Assembly (NCBI GenBank): GCA_965262245.1
Contig: OZ253507.1
Coordinates: 8,220,911 to 8,284,910 of the forward strand
Source of the DNA: Candidatus Marinacidobacterales bacterium
GTDB lineage: Bacteria; Acidobacteriota; Vicinamibacteria; Marinacidobacterales; SMYC01
Direction of reading: 5' to 3'
DNA length: 64,000 nucleotides
Part shown: piece after piece, positions 29,790 to 39,485 of the stretch
Layout: every line of letters starts with the position of its first letter
Numbering within the stretch: position 1 is the stretch's first letter
Translations under genes and position numbers: made by a program
The notes under the pieces: generated by a model
Told to the model about the DNA's origin: nothing
What the model saw: only the letters and a program-made list of their open reading frames with translations
Databases searched by the model: none

Positions 29790-31510
29790 GAGAAAGAACG
29801 CGGTGTTCCCCGTCCTGTGCCAAAACTCGGCCTTTTGAAACAGACCATAATATCAGCAGCTTAGTGTCTGTGCTTGCGACCGGGTCAAGAGCCGTGCTTC
29901 GGCTACCCACCCAACTTCTACCGGTCGGCAAAGGGTTCCGACAGCAACCGCCGCGCCGCTGCCAGGAGTCGATCCTTCCAGGCAACGCGTTCCCGCCAGT
30001 GGTCGGGGATGGCGTTCAGGCCGTAGAGGGCGCCGGCGAGCTGCCCCGTCACTGCTGCTACCGTATCGGCGTCGTCGGCCAGGTTGGCCGCGAGCAGCAC
30101 CGCGCCGCGGAAGTCTCCGGTGCGGGCGACTGACCAGATGGCGGCTTCGAGCGTGTGAACGACGTACCCGCTGGAGCGGATCGTATCCCGTGTCCGTCCT
30201 CGCCAGCTGCCGGCTATGACCTGAGTGATTGCCGCCGCTCCCGTGAACCGTCTCGGAGCCAGAACGTCCGAGAACGGTGACCCGGCGATGGCGTCCGCTA
30301 GGAGCTCGCCGAACGCCCGGCAGGCGTCCACTGCTTCCTCGGCTCCGTGGGTCGTCCGGGACTGGTCGGCGGCTGCTGCGATCAGGCGCGGCCGGTCGTG
30401 CCTGAACCGGAGCGCAACGGGGGCGAGCCGCATCAGCGAGCCGTTGCCTGCGCTCCAGGGATCGGTCGAACCCGCGACCGGATCACCCGTCTGCAGGTAT
30501 CGAGCGAGTGCTTCTTGGATTGTGTTTCCGATGTCGAAGCAGTGTCCGGTGCACGAGTAGTCTCCGTCCTGCCACCACTTCACGAAACGGGCCATCAGGT
30601 CCCGGCAGTCGAGCGTCTTGGATTCCGCCAGGCTGTCGGCAAGGGCCAGCGCCATGGCCGTGTCGTCGGTCCAGGCACCGGCCGGCAGATCGAAGGGGCC
30701 GCCACCGACCATGTCTTCTAGATGCGGCTGCGTATCGCGAGAGCAGAATTCGAGCGTCGTGCCGACCGCGTCGCCCACCGCCAGACCGAGGAAGGCCCCG
30801 AGCGCCCGGTCGTGGATGTCGTCCGCGGTCCGGGATGGAACCGATGGTGCTTGTGCCGAACACTGCCTCACGTGGGCCAGCTGGGAGTCGTTCTCGATGG
30901 TCCCTTCGTGGGCGTCGCGCACGCGGCGGATCGCATCGTCCGGTTGCACGCCCAACTCCACCAGCAGGCGGGCTGCGATGGTCCCGGCGCGTCCCAGACC
31001 ACCCCGACAGTGGAGCAGCACGTCGAAGCCGAGCCGCAGTCGGTTCCTGATGGACTCGCCGGTGGCCTTCCAGGCGTGCTCGAAGTCCTGTTCCGGCGCC
31101 TCTCCGTCGGGAATCGGGGCATGCCACCACTCCATGTGCCGGTCTCGAACCGCCCTCGGGAGATTGTGCACCTTCAGATAGGCGATTTCTTCGTGGGTGA
31201 TCAGGCTGACCACCGCAGTCGCTCCCCAGTGCTGAATCGCGTCGAGGTCGGCGTCGAGATCCCGCTTCCAGGGCCCGGATATTGCGTAGCGATCGATCCT
31301 ACCGGGGCACTGCGAGAAGCCGATCCGGCCCCGGCCGTCGCCCAGGGTCATCGCCGTGATGCGGAGTGGGTAGCTCTCGCTGGTTCTTGCCGTCGGCATG
31401 GACTCTATTCTCTAACGGGGCTGTGCTCCGCAAAAAAGAAGATTGGCCAGAAGCAGCCAAACATAGTAGGTCTAGAACGTGCAATCAACGCCGGATCGAT
31501 TTTATTGCGG
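29790..31510. repeat. 1.8-kb direct repeat, copy 2
   Basis: See 20430..22270. Confidence 0.8.
29918..31399 (-). CDS. PTP-like phosphatase plus ADP-ribosylglycohydrolase fusion, copy 2
   Basis: About 97% identical to copy 1, with a different C-terminal tail. Confidence 0.75.
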   Translation of the reverse strand: MPTARTSESYPLRITAMTLGDGRGRIGFSQCPGRIDRYAISGPWKRDLDADLDAIQHWGATAVVSLITHEEIAYLKVHNLPRAVRDRHMEWWHAPIPDGEAPEQDFEHAWKATGESIRNRLRLGFDVLLHCRGGLGRAGTIAARLLVELGVQPDDAIRRVRDAHEGTIENDSQLAHVRQCSAQAPSVPSRTADDIHDRALGAFLGLAVGDAVGTTLEFCSRDTQPHLEDMVGGGPFDLPAGAWTDDTAMALALADSLAESKTLDCRDLMARFVKWWQDGDYSCTGHCFDIGNTIQEALARYLQTGDPVAGSTDPWSAGNGSLMRLAPVALRFRHDRPRLIAAAADQSRTTHGAEEAVDACRAFGELLADAIAGSPFSDVLAPRRFTGAAAITQVIAGSWRGRTRDTIRSSGYVVHTLEAAIWSVARTGDFRGAVLLAANLADDADTVAAVTGQLAGALYGLNAIPDHWRERVAWKDRLLAAARRLLSEPFADR

Positions 31511-31534
31511 AGCACAGGGCAACAGTAAACGAAG

Positions 31535-32730
31535 CAAGCAGCCGCGGATGAATAAATAGAAGGCACAGGGCTGGCCACACGGTGCCTGACGTTCAGGGAC
31601 ACCTTCGTGTGCACGCCGACATCCTTACTAATGGCGTTCGCCGACACAGGCAGGCCAGCTGACATTAGCATTCAAATACGGCGTAGCAACACTTGATGGC
31701 GGAAGCACCAGGAAACCCACCGAAAGGCGAGTGGAATGACCAGTGTGCATCGTGGCCGACTCCTTGTATGGGATTTTGGTAAATGTCGTACAGCGAGCCT
31801 GGGCGTTACCGTACGAAATTCTACACCTCACCGCGAGGTAAATGACAGAGATGGCGGTCGTGAGTGTTCCGGAACGGATCTACAGGACAGTGCGGCGGCA
31901 CCTTCTACGTCGGTGGCATCGGACCGAAGACGCCGCGTTTCTGTACACGGCAACCAATGAGGACCCTTTCAAGTACGTAGAATGGTTCCCGTTCGGGGCG
32001 CGCGGATGAATAAATAGAAGGCACAGGATCCACGCGACAACGAAGGCGATCCAGTCCCGACCAACTTTGGGTTTGTCGTCAGTGTTGTTCATGGAAACGA
32101 GTGTTACCGAGTGATTGAAGGGTAGCAGATCCGAACAGCTAGGCAAAAAAGCGGGGCGCCTTTTTCCGTAGTGTAGCTAGGTGTTGTTTATCACTTTAAT
32201 CCGTAATCCACCGCGATGAAATATCAAGACCGGCCACCACTCCATGAGGGTACGGGAGTGCTCGACGGCGTCAAGGGTTCGCTCGCTACGCGAGCCGCTA
32301 CGCGCCCTTGACCCCGTCTGCGCCTCCCGTCTTCTGCTCGTACGTGGTTGCCGGTCGAGGTGAATCACGAATGAGAAATCTTCGCGATTCAATATAAAAA
32401 AACAACACTAGACCACTTTTGCCGAGACCGGATGGCTCCAGACTGCACCATCCGCCACCCAGTCTGCCCAATTGTGGCACTGCAGAGACGGTTGAGATTT
32501 TCCGCGCGGTTGGCGTGGGTTTTCAAGATTAGGTGTCACCAGAGACGCGCTATAAGGCCTGAACAGGCCTCATTTTCGGTATTGGTCTCTAATCTCGATT
32601 TTCGAGCGCCACGTTTGCGCCAAATTGGGGAGAGGGCGCTGACCGGGCCATGCGGGTGGCGGGAAAAGAGGCCGCCCGAGAGGCTCAGAATCGAGGCCGG
32701 GGCTACTGCCGCGTAGCTGGCCTAGCACGT
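31535..32730. repeat. mosaic repeat cluster, copy 3
   Basis: GATGAATAAATAGAAGGCACA ends at 31535 and 31995, F3 (inverted), F5 (inverted), R4. Confidence 0.6.
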
Positions 32731-33190
32731 TCTGGTCCAGGTGTGGCCCTGGCCTCCTTAATGTCCATCTTTGCCCAGGACCTGGATCCAGGTCTTCGCC
32801 CAGGGAGCGTAGCATCCCGTTGCTGGACGGTGTTTTCCCTGCGCGTGCGGAGAACCCGAATCGCCGACATCGCCTCCGACACGCCCCTGATCTGGGGCTC
32901 GCCACGGGGTGATGACGATCGAAACGGCCCAGCGCGCCAGTCTTGAGTTCGTTTGTGTTTTTGGACAGGACGGGCTTCCCGATGGTAGAAACGTAGCAAC
33001 CCGCCAAGCCGTTCACGGAAGCGCACCATAGACACTAAGCTGACACTAAGCTGCTGATTTATGGTCTATTTCAAAAGGGCCGAGTTTTGGCACAGGACGG
33101 GGTTGCGCGCCTCCGTGAACAGGAACACTTCGACCTCCAACTGATGCAGGTCTTGAGTTCGTTCGTGTTTTTGGATACGACGGGGGTCGT

Positions 33191-36040
33191 TCAGGCATTT
33201 ATTCGAGTACCTTTCCCGCCATGTACGGATGGCTCAGCGCACCACTGTTTTCGCAGCAGGTCTAGTCCACCCTTTAGACCTGGGTCGATTTGCAGTACGC
33301 TAGTAATTCCGAACAGCAGTTCGCGGTCAAGCGCCTTGCGCGTCTCGTCGCGCCACGCCTCGTTAGCGGGTAGGAACTCGCGATCCTTGAAGTCATCGAA
33401 GATCGCACGGCAGTGATCCACCTGCTCCTCCGTCAAGGTGCGGGGATCGAGCACGGGAAGATCTGGCAGCTTGGAGATCGTGAGTATGGATCGACCTTCC
33501 TGCTGTCTCGTGCCGTGCCACCAGAACAGGATCAGTCCTAGCGTCGAGTTGCACCACAGCAGTAGCGGGATCGCGTACTTCGGTTCGCGCGGGATTACGT
33601 TCGGCCATGCCCTGCCGCCGAGACACTTCTCCGGTGTGAGACACATTGCCAAACTCTGTGAGTTGAGCTGGAAGTCTCGGTTGGAATGGAGACGGGATGC
33701 CGTTCGACGCCACGTCTTGACCGCATGAGACTTCATCTTCGGACGCACTTCGCCACATCTGTCTGGCGGAACGACAAACTGCCGTTCTCGCTCAGCGTTG
33801 TGTCCCCACAACGCGGGATAGGTGGGAATTTCATCCTTGCGGATGGGGCGGATATCGAACGCACCCCGAGGCAGGGCATTGCTTGCGGGTGGCTTGCCGT
33901 TGATGTCCCTATCAACGAGCCCTCGTTCTGCAACATTCCCTAGCTGGGTGACGGCAATGCCTCCCGACGCTAGCGATTGGGGGAACACGAGCTCCCCGCA
34001 AGCTAGTGCCCGTGCTGCATTTCCCACGCTCTCGCTAAGCACTCCTGCTCCGCATGGGTCGAGAAGGCTGCCGTTAAAGGCGCTGCGGATTGCCGGAGCG
34101 TTCGACGTCCCCTGTCCTGTCTCCCTTGCAGTCAGAGCCGATTCCAGCAACCCTGCTGGCCGGTAGGACAGATTCGTGAAACGCATTCCGCCTCCGCTCC
34201 GTTTATTGGCTACGACAAGGCACTCGGCCATGCCCGTGTCTGCCGAGAAAGCCCTTGCCGTCGTCCCCGTCGCGGCGATGGACAGGATGTGGATATCGGA
34301 ATAGCTTGCCGCCAGCGCCTTTCTCGCCTTCTCCCATGCCTGGCCTCGTGCAAGTGAGGATGGCAGTACCAAGGCCAGCACGCCTCCATCTCTCAGCTTG
34401 CGGTGGCCGAGATCCATGAAGTTCGACGCCAGCCCAGCGTTGCCGTGACCGAACTCGGGCTTGCACTTGCCGAGCATTCTCGACATAGCCCTCTGTTCGC
34501 TAAGAGGAGTGCCGAATCCCGCGAAGGATGGGATCGGTATCTCGGCGTGGCCTCCCTCATGGTTTGTGGGCCTCGTGAACGGGGGGTTCATGATGACCAG
34601 ATCGCAGGAGTTGTCCTTGATCGTGACGGAATGCTCGCTACGGCTCTCCGATTCTGTACCGCCCATAGACGCGCCCGTGGCGAACAGGGAGTAGGAATGG
34701 TCGGAATCGAGAAGGTCGAGTGCTCCGATGTGTGTACTGCCCGCGCCATCGATGCCGTAGGGCATCGTGTGGATCTGGGATTTGCCGTAGGCGAGCGACG
34801 GGTGGGAGCTGGACAGCATGGAACAGGTGAGATGCGTTGCGGCGGGCATGATGTCCAGCCCGCTCAGGACGCGCTCCATCAGGGCTTGATGCAAGTCCTT
34901 GTCATCGCAGCCGGCACGTCGATAGCGCCGATACACTGCCCGCTGCGCGGCCGAGAGCAAGGCTCCCGTGCCGCAGGCGAAATCCGCAATCCGCAGCCCT
35001 TCTATCGCGACCCGGTCCGACCAGTCCACGTCCAGCTGCTCGACCGCTAGTTCGGCGAGGAGGCAGGCTGACTCGGGCAATGTGTAGAAGGTGGCCAGGA
35101 ACTTCCGACCCGTGATAAGGGTCTGGAACATCCTCCCAGTAAGGTCGTGATAGGTCGTCGCGCCCAGCTGCGCCAAGTCGGAGATGGACTCCGCGATGCG
35201 GTTCATGACCGGCGGAACCGCCTTGATCGGCAATTCCTTCACCAAATCACTGGCGACGCTGAAGATCGGCCAGTAGTTGACTTCGAGAATCGCGTTCCAT
35301 ACGCCCAGAAGCGTCCCCTTGTCGATAGATCCCGCTAACGGAACCGGCGGGATCTGTTGCTGCCTTTCGATCGCTGCATGAAACACGAAGGCCGAGACGC
35401 AGATAGCCGCTGCCATGCGCTCGGTCTGCTTGCCTTCTCCTTGGTGCAGGTCACGGGCGATCCGCGCCAGTGGGCCCTCACCGGCGTGCTCGGCCAGCAG
35501 TCCCGCCGCGTTCCGTACCACTTGTTCAAGGGCTTCCGTCCCTCGCGCCAGTTGCCGTTCCGAGAGGGACAGGTATTCGATGGCATCAGCAAGGTCGTCC
35601 ACGCCCCCCTCAAGCCACTTCCTCTCCGGCGGCCAGCGGATGCTTTCTCCCTTGGAATCCAGGTAATGCGTGGCGTAGCGCAACGCTGCGCTTTCGATGG
35701 TTTCGAGGTCACCTGTCTTGAGGCTCTCCGGCAAGACAACGGAGAGCACACCTTCGATGTCCTCTCCGGTACTGTGCAAGCTCGTCCCGAGCCTGGCGGT
35801 CGCGTCTTGATCGACCGTGTGTGCGGGGGCGAACTCCGTCTCCACGATCACTGGCTGGCGGCGAGGCGGGGCTATGAGAATGTCCGGCCTCTTGCCTGTC
35901 CCCGTGCCTGGCACAGCTTGCTGAATCACGTGGGTCCGTTCGGCGTGGACAGTGTTGTCGTTCCAGCCTGGGTTTCGTCGTCTCAGCGCACGAGCCAGCG
36001 CACCGTTCGCTTGCGGCTCCGTGTTGCGCGGGCCGCTCAT
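33191..36040 (-). CDS. gamma-class N6-adenine DNA methyltransferase with long N- and C-terminal extensions; candidate MmeI-like Type IIG/IIL enzyme
   Basis: Motif I LRIADFACGTGALL and motif IV DLVIMNPPFTR. N-terminal RPDILIAPPRRQPVIVETEF is a possible nuclease motif that lacks the canonical Lys. 949 aa. Confidence 0.6.
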   Translation of the reverse strand: MSGPRNTEPQANGALARALRRRNPGWNDNTVHAERTHVIQQAVPGTGTGKRPDILIAPPRRQPVIVETEFAPAHTVDQDATARLGTSLHSTGEDIEGVLSVVLPESLKTGDLETIESAALRYATHYLDSKGESIRWPPERKWLEGGVDDLADAIEYLSLSERQLARGTEALEQVVRNAAGLLAEHAGEGPLARIARDLHQGEGKQTERMAAAICVSAFVFHAAIERQQQIPPVPLAGSIDKGTLLGVWNAILEVNYWPIFSVASDLVKELPIKAVPPVMNRIAESISDLAQLGATTYHDLTGRMFQTLITGRKFLATFYTLPESACLLAELAVEQLDVDWSDRVAIEGLRIADFACGTGALLSAAQRAVYRRYRRAGCDDKDLHQALMERVLSGLDIMPAATHLTCSMLSSSHPSLAYGKSQIHTMPYGIDGAGSTHIGALDLLDSDHSYSLFATGASMGGTESESRSEHSVTIKDNSCDLVIMNPPFTRPTNHEGGHAEIPIPSFAGFGTPLSEQRAMSRMLGKCKPEFGHGNAGLASNFMDLGHRKLRDGGVLALVLPSSLARGQAWEKARKALAASYSDIHILSIAATGTTARAFSADTGMAECLVVANKRSGGGMRFTNLSYRPAGLLESALTARETGQGTSNAPAIRSAFNGSLLDPCGAGVLSESVGNAARALACGELVFPQSLASGGIAVTQLGNVAERGLVDRDINGKPPASNALPRGAFDIRPIRKDEIPTYPALWGHNAERERQFVVPPDRCGEVRPKMKSHAVKTWRRTASRLHSNRDFQLNSQSLAMCLTPEKCLGGRAWPNVIPREPKYAIPLLLWCNSTLGLILFWWHGTRQQEGRSILTISKLPDLPVLDPRTLTEEQVDHCRAIFDDFKDREFLPANEAWRDETRKALDRELLFGITSVLQIDPGLKGGLDLLRKQWCAEPSVHGGKGTRINA

Positions 36041-36600
36041 ATTGACATAGCCCTCGCGTCGGAAGGTAGACCATTGAAGCGGATCAAGTCCTTGTAGCGC
36101 AATCGTTTGCCGTTCATGCTCTGGCTCATGATGACAATCTGAGCAATGGTATCAAGATCCCGGATGTTGTGACGGCCCGCAAACTCGTTGACGTGGCGGT
36201 ACAGGTGCTTCGCGCTGATCTTGTGATATGTGCCGTAGTAGCCGCGCTTCAATAGCGACCAGAATGATTCTATGCCGTTCGTGTCCGCTTTTCCATGGAC
36301 GTATTCCTTGGCAATGTTTGGTTGACCGTATCGTGCTCGAATCCCTCCACGCTGTCGTAGGCGCTGGCACCGTCCGTGAAGACAGTGGAGCCGGACTCAA
36401 TGGCGTCCTGCACGAATCCGCTCAGAGTCTCGCTGTCCGTGGATTGCACCGGCTGAGCCTTGACCCGGCCATCGCGCTCCTTCGCGCCCACAACCGCCGT
36501 CTTGCCCATCGTTCCACGGCCTTCCAGATCCTTGCGCTTCGCGTTGCTCATGTTCTTGCGCTTGCAGCCGGCGTTGTTGCACGGCCCGGAGCAAATCGCT
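36037..36600 (-). pseudogene. IS1595-family transposase C-terminal half, frameshifted and truncated by the IS5 insertion
   Basis: KRKNMSNAKRKDLEGRGTMGKTAVVGAKERDGRVKAQ...TDGASAYDS, then shifted ..FWSLLKRGYYGTYHKISAKHLYRHVNEFAGRHN. Confidence 0.6.
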
Positions 36601-37654
36601 GACCTCCCTGTGCCGGTTTCAGAGTCACCCGGCGCAGTACGTATCGGGCATCCCGAGCGCAGCCATCTTGTTGAGTATCTCGCACCCAATTCGGTGTTCA
36701 ACTCGTTGCCTCGCCAACGTTCGAGCCCGCATCTCCGGCCCGATGATCGCCTTGTAACGATAGACCGCGTTCTCCACCATGCTTCGCTTGGTGTAGCCTG
36801 AGAGCTTGTACCATTCACGTCGGCCGTGTCTTTCGATTGCACGAATATGGCGATCGCGCTCCTGCATGGCGGTGTTCGAATTCTGACTGAGCGTCGCGTT
36901 TCGTTGCGGCGGAATCACCACGCGCGTCCTTCGTCCAGGACTGTGCGCTTCGATGGCTTCGTAGACAGCTTCCTTGTCGTATGCACTGTCCGCCGCCACC
37001 GACACTAGAGGTGCTTGAATCTGTGTTAGCAAAGCGGGGACTCGGGTTGCGTCGCGAGCTCGTGACGCCGTCAGTTCGGACGCAACAATGTTCCCTGTCT
37101 CGCGATCAACGGCGATGTGCAACTTGCGCCATGCGCGCTGCTTTGGCGGTTTGCGGGCGGTTCCAACATGAATCCTCAAGCCCGTGCTATCGATCATCAG
37201 GTGGATGGGTTGAGTGCTCGCGGCTTTCGGAATCCGCAGCTTCTTGCGGAGCAACCTCGAGCGCCGACACAACGTCGAGTAGTCCGGGATCTCGATACCG
37301 AGCCCGAGAAGCGAGGCGATCGAGTGCAAGAAGCCTTCGGTTTGTCGGTAGGCGAGCTTGTACACCATCCGGACAACCAGGCCCGTTTCAATCGCCATGT
37401 CTGAATAGACCCGTTGACCGCCAGGCTTACCGGTCTTGTCGGCCTTCCAGTTCGCGATTGCCTCCTCGTCAAACCAGACTGTCAAATCGCCCCGGCGGCG
37501 CAGCCCTTCGTTGTATTCCGCCCAGTTGCGAACGTGGTACTTCTTCTGCTTCGCGTGCTTGTACTGGCAGCGCTTGGGATACTTCATGCTCGAACATACC
37601 TCGGCCACCACCATAGGCGGATTTCGCTCTCAGCCAGAGCGGTGCAACAACGCC
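36570..37654 (-). mobile_element. IS5-family insertion sequence, complete copy (about 1085 bp; TIR GGCGTTGTTGCAC)
   Basis: GGCGTTGTTGCACGG at 36570 and CGGTGCAACAACGCC at 37640-37654. Inserted into the IS1595 fragment. Confidence 0.8.
36625..37614 (-). CDS. IS5-family DDE transposase
   Basis: 329-aa intact ORF. Partial copies at 43131, 54102 and 10951. Confidence 0.85.
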   Translation of the reverse strand: MVVAEVCSSMKYPKRCQYKHAKQKKYHVRNWAEYNEGLRRRGDLTVWFDEEAIANWKADKTGKPGGQRVYSDMAIETGLVVRMVYKLAYRQTEGFLHSIASLLGLGIEIPDYSTLCRRSRLLRKKLRIPKAASTQPIHLMIDSTGLRIHVGTARKPPKQRAWRKLHIAVDRETGNIVASELTASRARDATRVPALLTQIQAPLVSVAADSAYDKEAVYEAIEAHSPGRRTRVVIPPQRNATLSQNSNTAMQERDRHIRAIERHGRREWYKLSGYTKRSMVENAVYRYKAIIGPEMRARTLARQRVEHRIGCEILNKMAALGMPDTYCAG

Positions 37655-37854
37655 GTCAAAGGCCGCCACCTCAAGCGCGTCAAGTGAGATGAGCCCTTAC
37701 CACTATGAGACATGCCAAACCCACCGTTCCAAAAGAGCCGCACCCATTTCAAAAGGGCCGAGTTTTGGCACAGGACGAGTGAGACGGGCCGTGGCAAAAA
37801 TGCTCACGCCCTCGACTCGAAGGCTCGCTACTTCGTCGAACTCCCTAACGGGCC

Positions 37855-39468
37855 TCAATGGCTGGAAACCGGAAGATGCTCGCCGCAATACCCGATCACG
37901 ATCTTTTGGCGGTCTCCATCCCAGTGGAAATGAACGCGTATCGTCCGCGTCGAGTCATCGTCTACACCGATCTTGAGATGCCGGAACATCTCCACCTGCG
38001 TCCCGTCATAGTCGAAGGTTCTCTGACGGCGCATAGCTTTGTTCGTCATGACCGTTTCTGATTCCTTAGCTGCGTACTCGCTCTTCCCAAGCACCCGACG
38101 TGCCTTGCTGTCACCTCCATCCATCAGCCGGTCGCGGTAGGTCGTTACCAGCCGCATGAGTAAGTCGAGCAAGTCGCGCCCATAGATGAATCGCGTCATC
38201 TTGATCGCGCTGGCCCGGGCACTATCTAAGACCGTACACCTATCGCCATAGAATTGTTCGATGATCTCGATGCAATCCAATGGGCTCGGTTCCTCCTTGC
38301 GCACAATCCATTCCAGAAGCGGCTCTGGATTGAAGGCGCCGACGTCGGCGGGGGAAAATCCATCTTTCAGAGATTTGAGCTCGAACTTCTTCGTCCGCAG
38401 CTCCTTCTGCGTCTCCTCGAGATCCTCCTTGTAGCGTGAGAGCTCAGTTTCGAGGTTTGCGTTTTCATCGACGATCTCGTTGAAGTAGCGCTCCTGCTCG
38501 TCCGCGCGGTTCGACGCTTCATCCAGCACCTGACGTAGCTGCTCCGCGTTCATCTTGGCGCTGGTCGCGTGCACCTTCTCCATGCGCCGCCGCATCGAAA
38601 GCTGCATAACGCCTTCTGGCCGCACATGCAGCCGCAGCCTCGGAATGTTGGTGCTCGCGGTGACCCAAGCCAGTACCCGCGAAATGCGCTGCTGCTCTTC
38701 GCCCCAAGCTCGGACTTCGTCGCGGAGGAAGTACCGCGACCGCACGCCCGACATCGACGGGATGGCCAGCACGTTGACGGCTCCGTCCCATGCGGACCAT
38801 GACTGGCCTAGGACCTCTGCCATCTCATAACTGTTTGATCCCGGTAGGACCCGTACAACGTGCGCCAGGCCCACGAGCGTCTTCTGAAGTTTGGTTGGGT
38901 TGACGAGGTACTCCTCGTCACGCATGGCGCTGACTAGCACGATGGCATTGTCCCGGTCACGCCGCTCGACCTCGGCGACAAAGGCCCGGTACGAATCCCG
39001 GTCCTGGCCGACTGTCCTTAAGATCTCGCCGGGCCAGGCGTCTGCGAAGTCCGCACCCTTAGCGGAAAGAACGTTCTTGGTGATGAATTGGATAACACGA
39101 GGCTGCGACGCACTGACAGGGCTTGATACGAGTGTGCTACGTTCATCCGTCTTCACGACGCAAGAGACTTCCAACGTCCCTGCGAACTTCTTGACCCCAA
39201 CCTCCACAATCCATTGCCGTCCGCGGATGTTGTCGTCGCCGTGCTTCAGCACCCATGCGCACAGGGCCGGCTCACCGTCATAGCAACTGTGGATCCGCAG
39301 CCGCGCCTGGTTCTCACCACGATGGCCGTAGTGCTCTCCACCCTGCTTCAATTGATCCGGACGAAGGCCGAACCCGAGTTGCTGCTTGAGCCAACCGCCG
39401 ATGGCCTTGAATACGGCCCACTCGGCATCGACCCCCTGGACACGCAGATGGTTCGCATAAACCAGCAT
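37855..39468 (-). CDS. uncharacterised 537-aa protein with a central coiled-coil segment
   Basis: AAAGGAG RBS 8 nt upstream. Residues 300-370 are a coiled coil (..LRQVLDEASNRADEQERYFNEIVDENANLETELSRYKEDLEETQKELRTKKFELK..). No recognisable catalytic motif. Confidence 0.5.
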   Translation of the reverse strand: MLVYANHLRVQGVDAEWAVFKAIGGWLKQQLGFGLRPDQLKQGGEHYGHRGENQARLRIHSCYDGEPALCAWVLKHGDDNIRGRQWIVEVGVKKFAGTLEVSCVVKTDERSTLVSSPVSASQPRVIQFITKNVLSAKGADFADAWPGEILRTVGQDRDSYRAFVAEVERRDRDNAIVLVSAMRDEEYLVNPTKLQKTLVGLAHVVRVLPGSNSYEMAEVLGQSWSAWDGAVNVLAIPSMSGVRSRYFLRDEVRAWGEEQQRISRVLAWVTASTNIPRLRLHVRPEGVMQLSMRRRMEKVHATSAKMNAEQLRQVLDEASNRADEQERYFNEIVDENANLETELSRYKEDLEETQKELRTKKFELKSLKDGFSPADVGAFNPEPLLEWIVRKEEPSPLDCIEIIEQFYGDRCTVLDSARASAIKMTRFIYGRDLLDLLMRLVTTYRDRLMDGGDSKARRVLGKSEYAAKESETVMTNKAMRRQRTFDYDGTQVEMFRHLKIGVDDDSTRTIRVHFHWDGDRQKIVIGYCGEHLPVSSH

Positions 39469-39485
39469 CGATCAGTACTCCTTTG

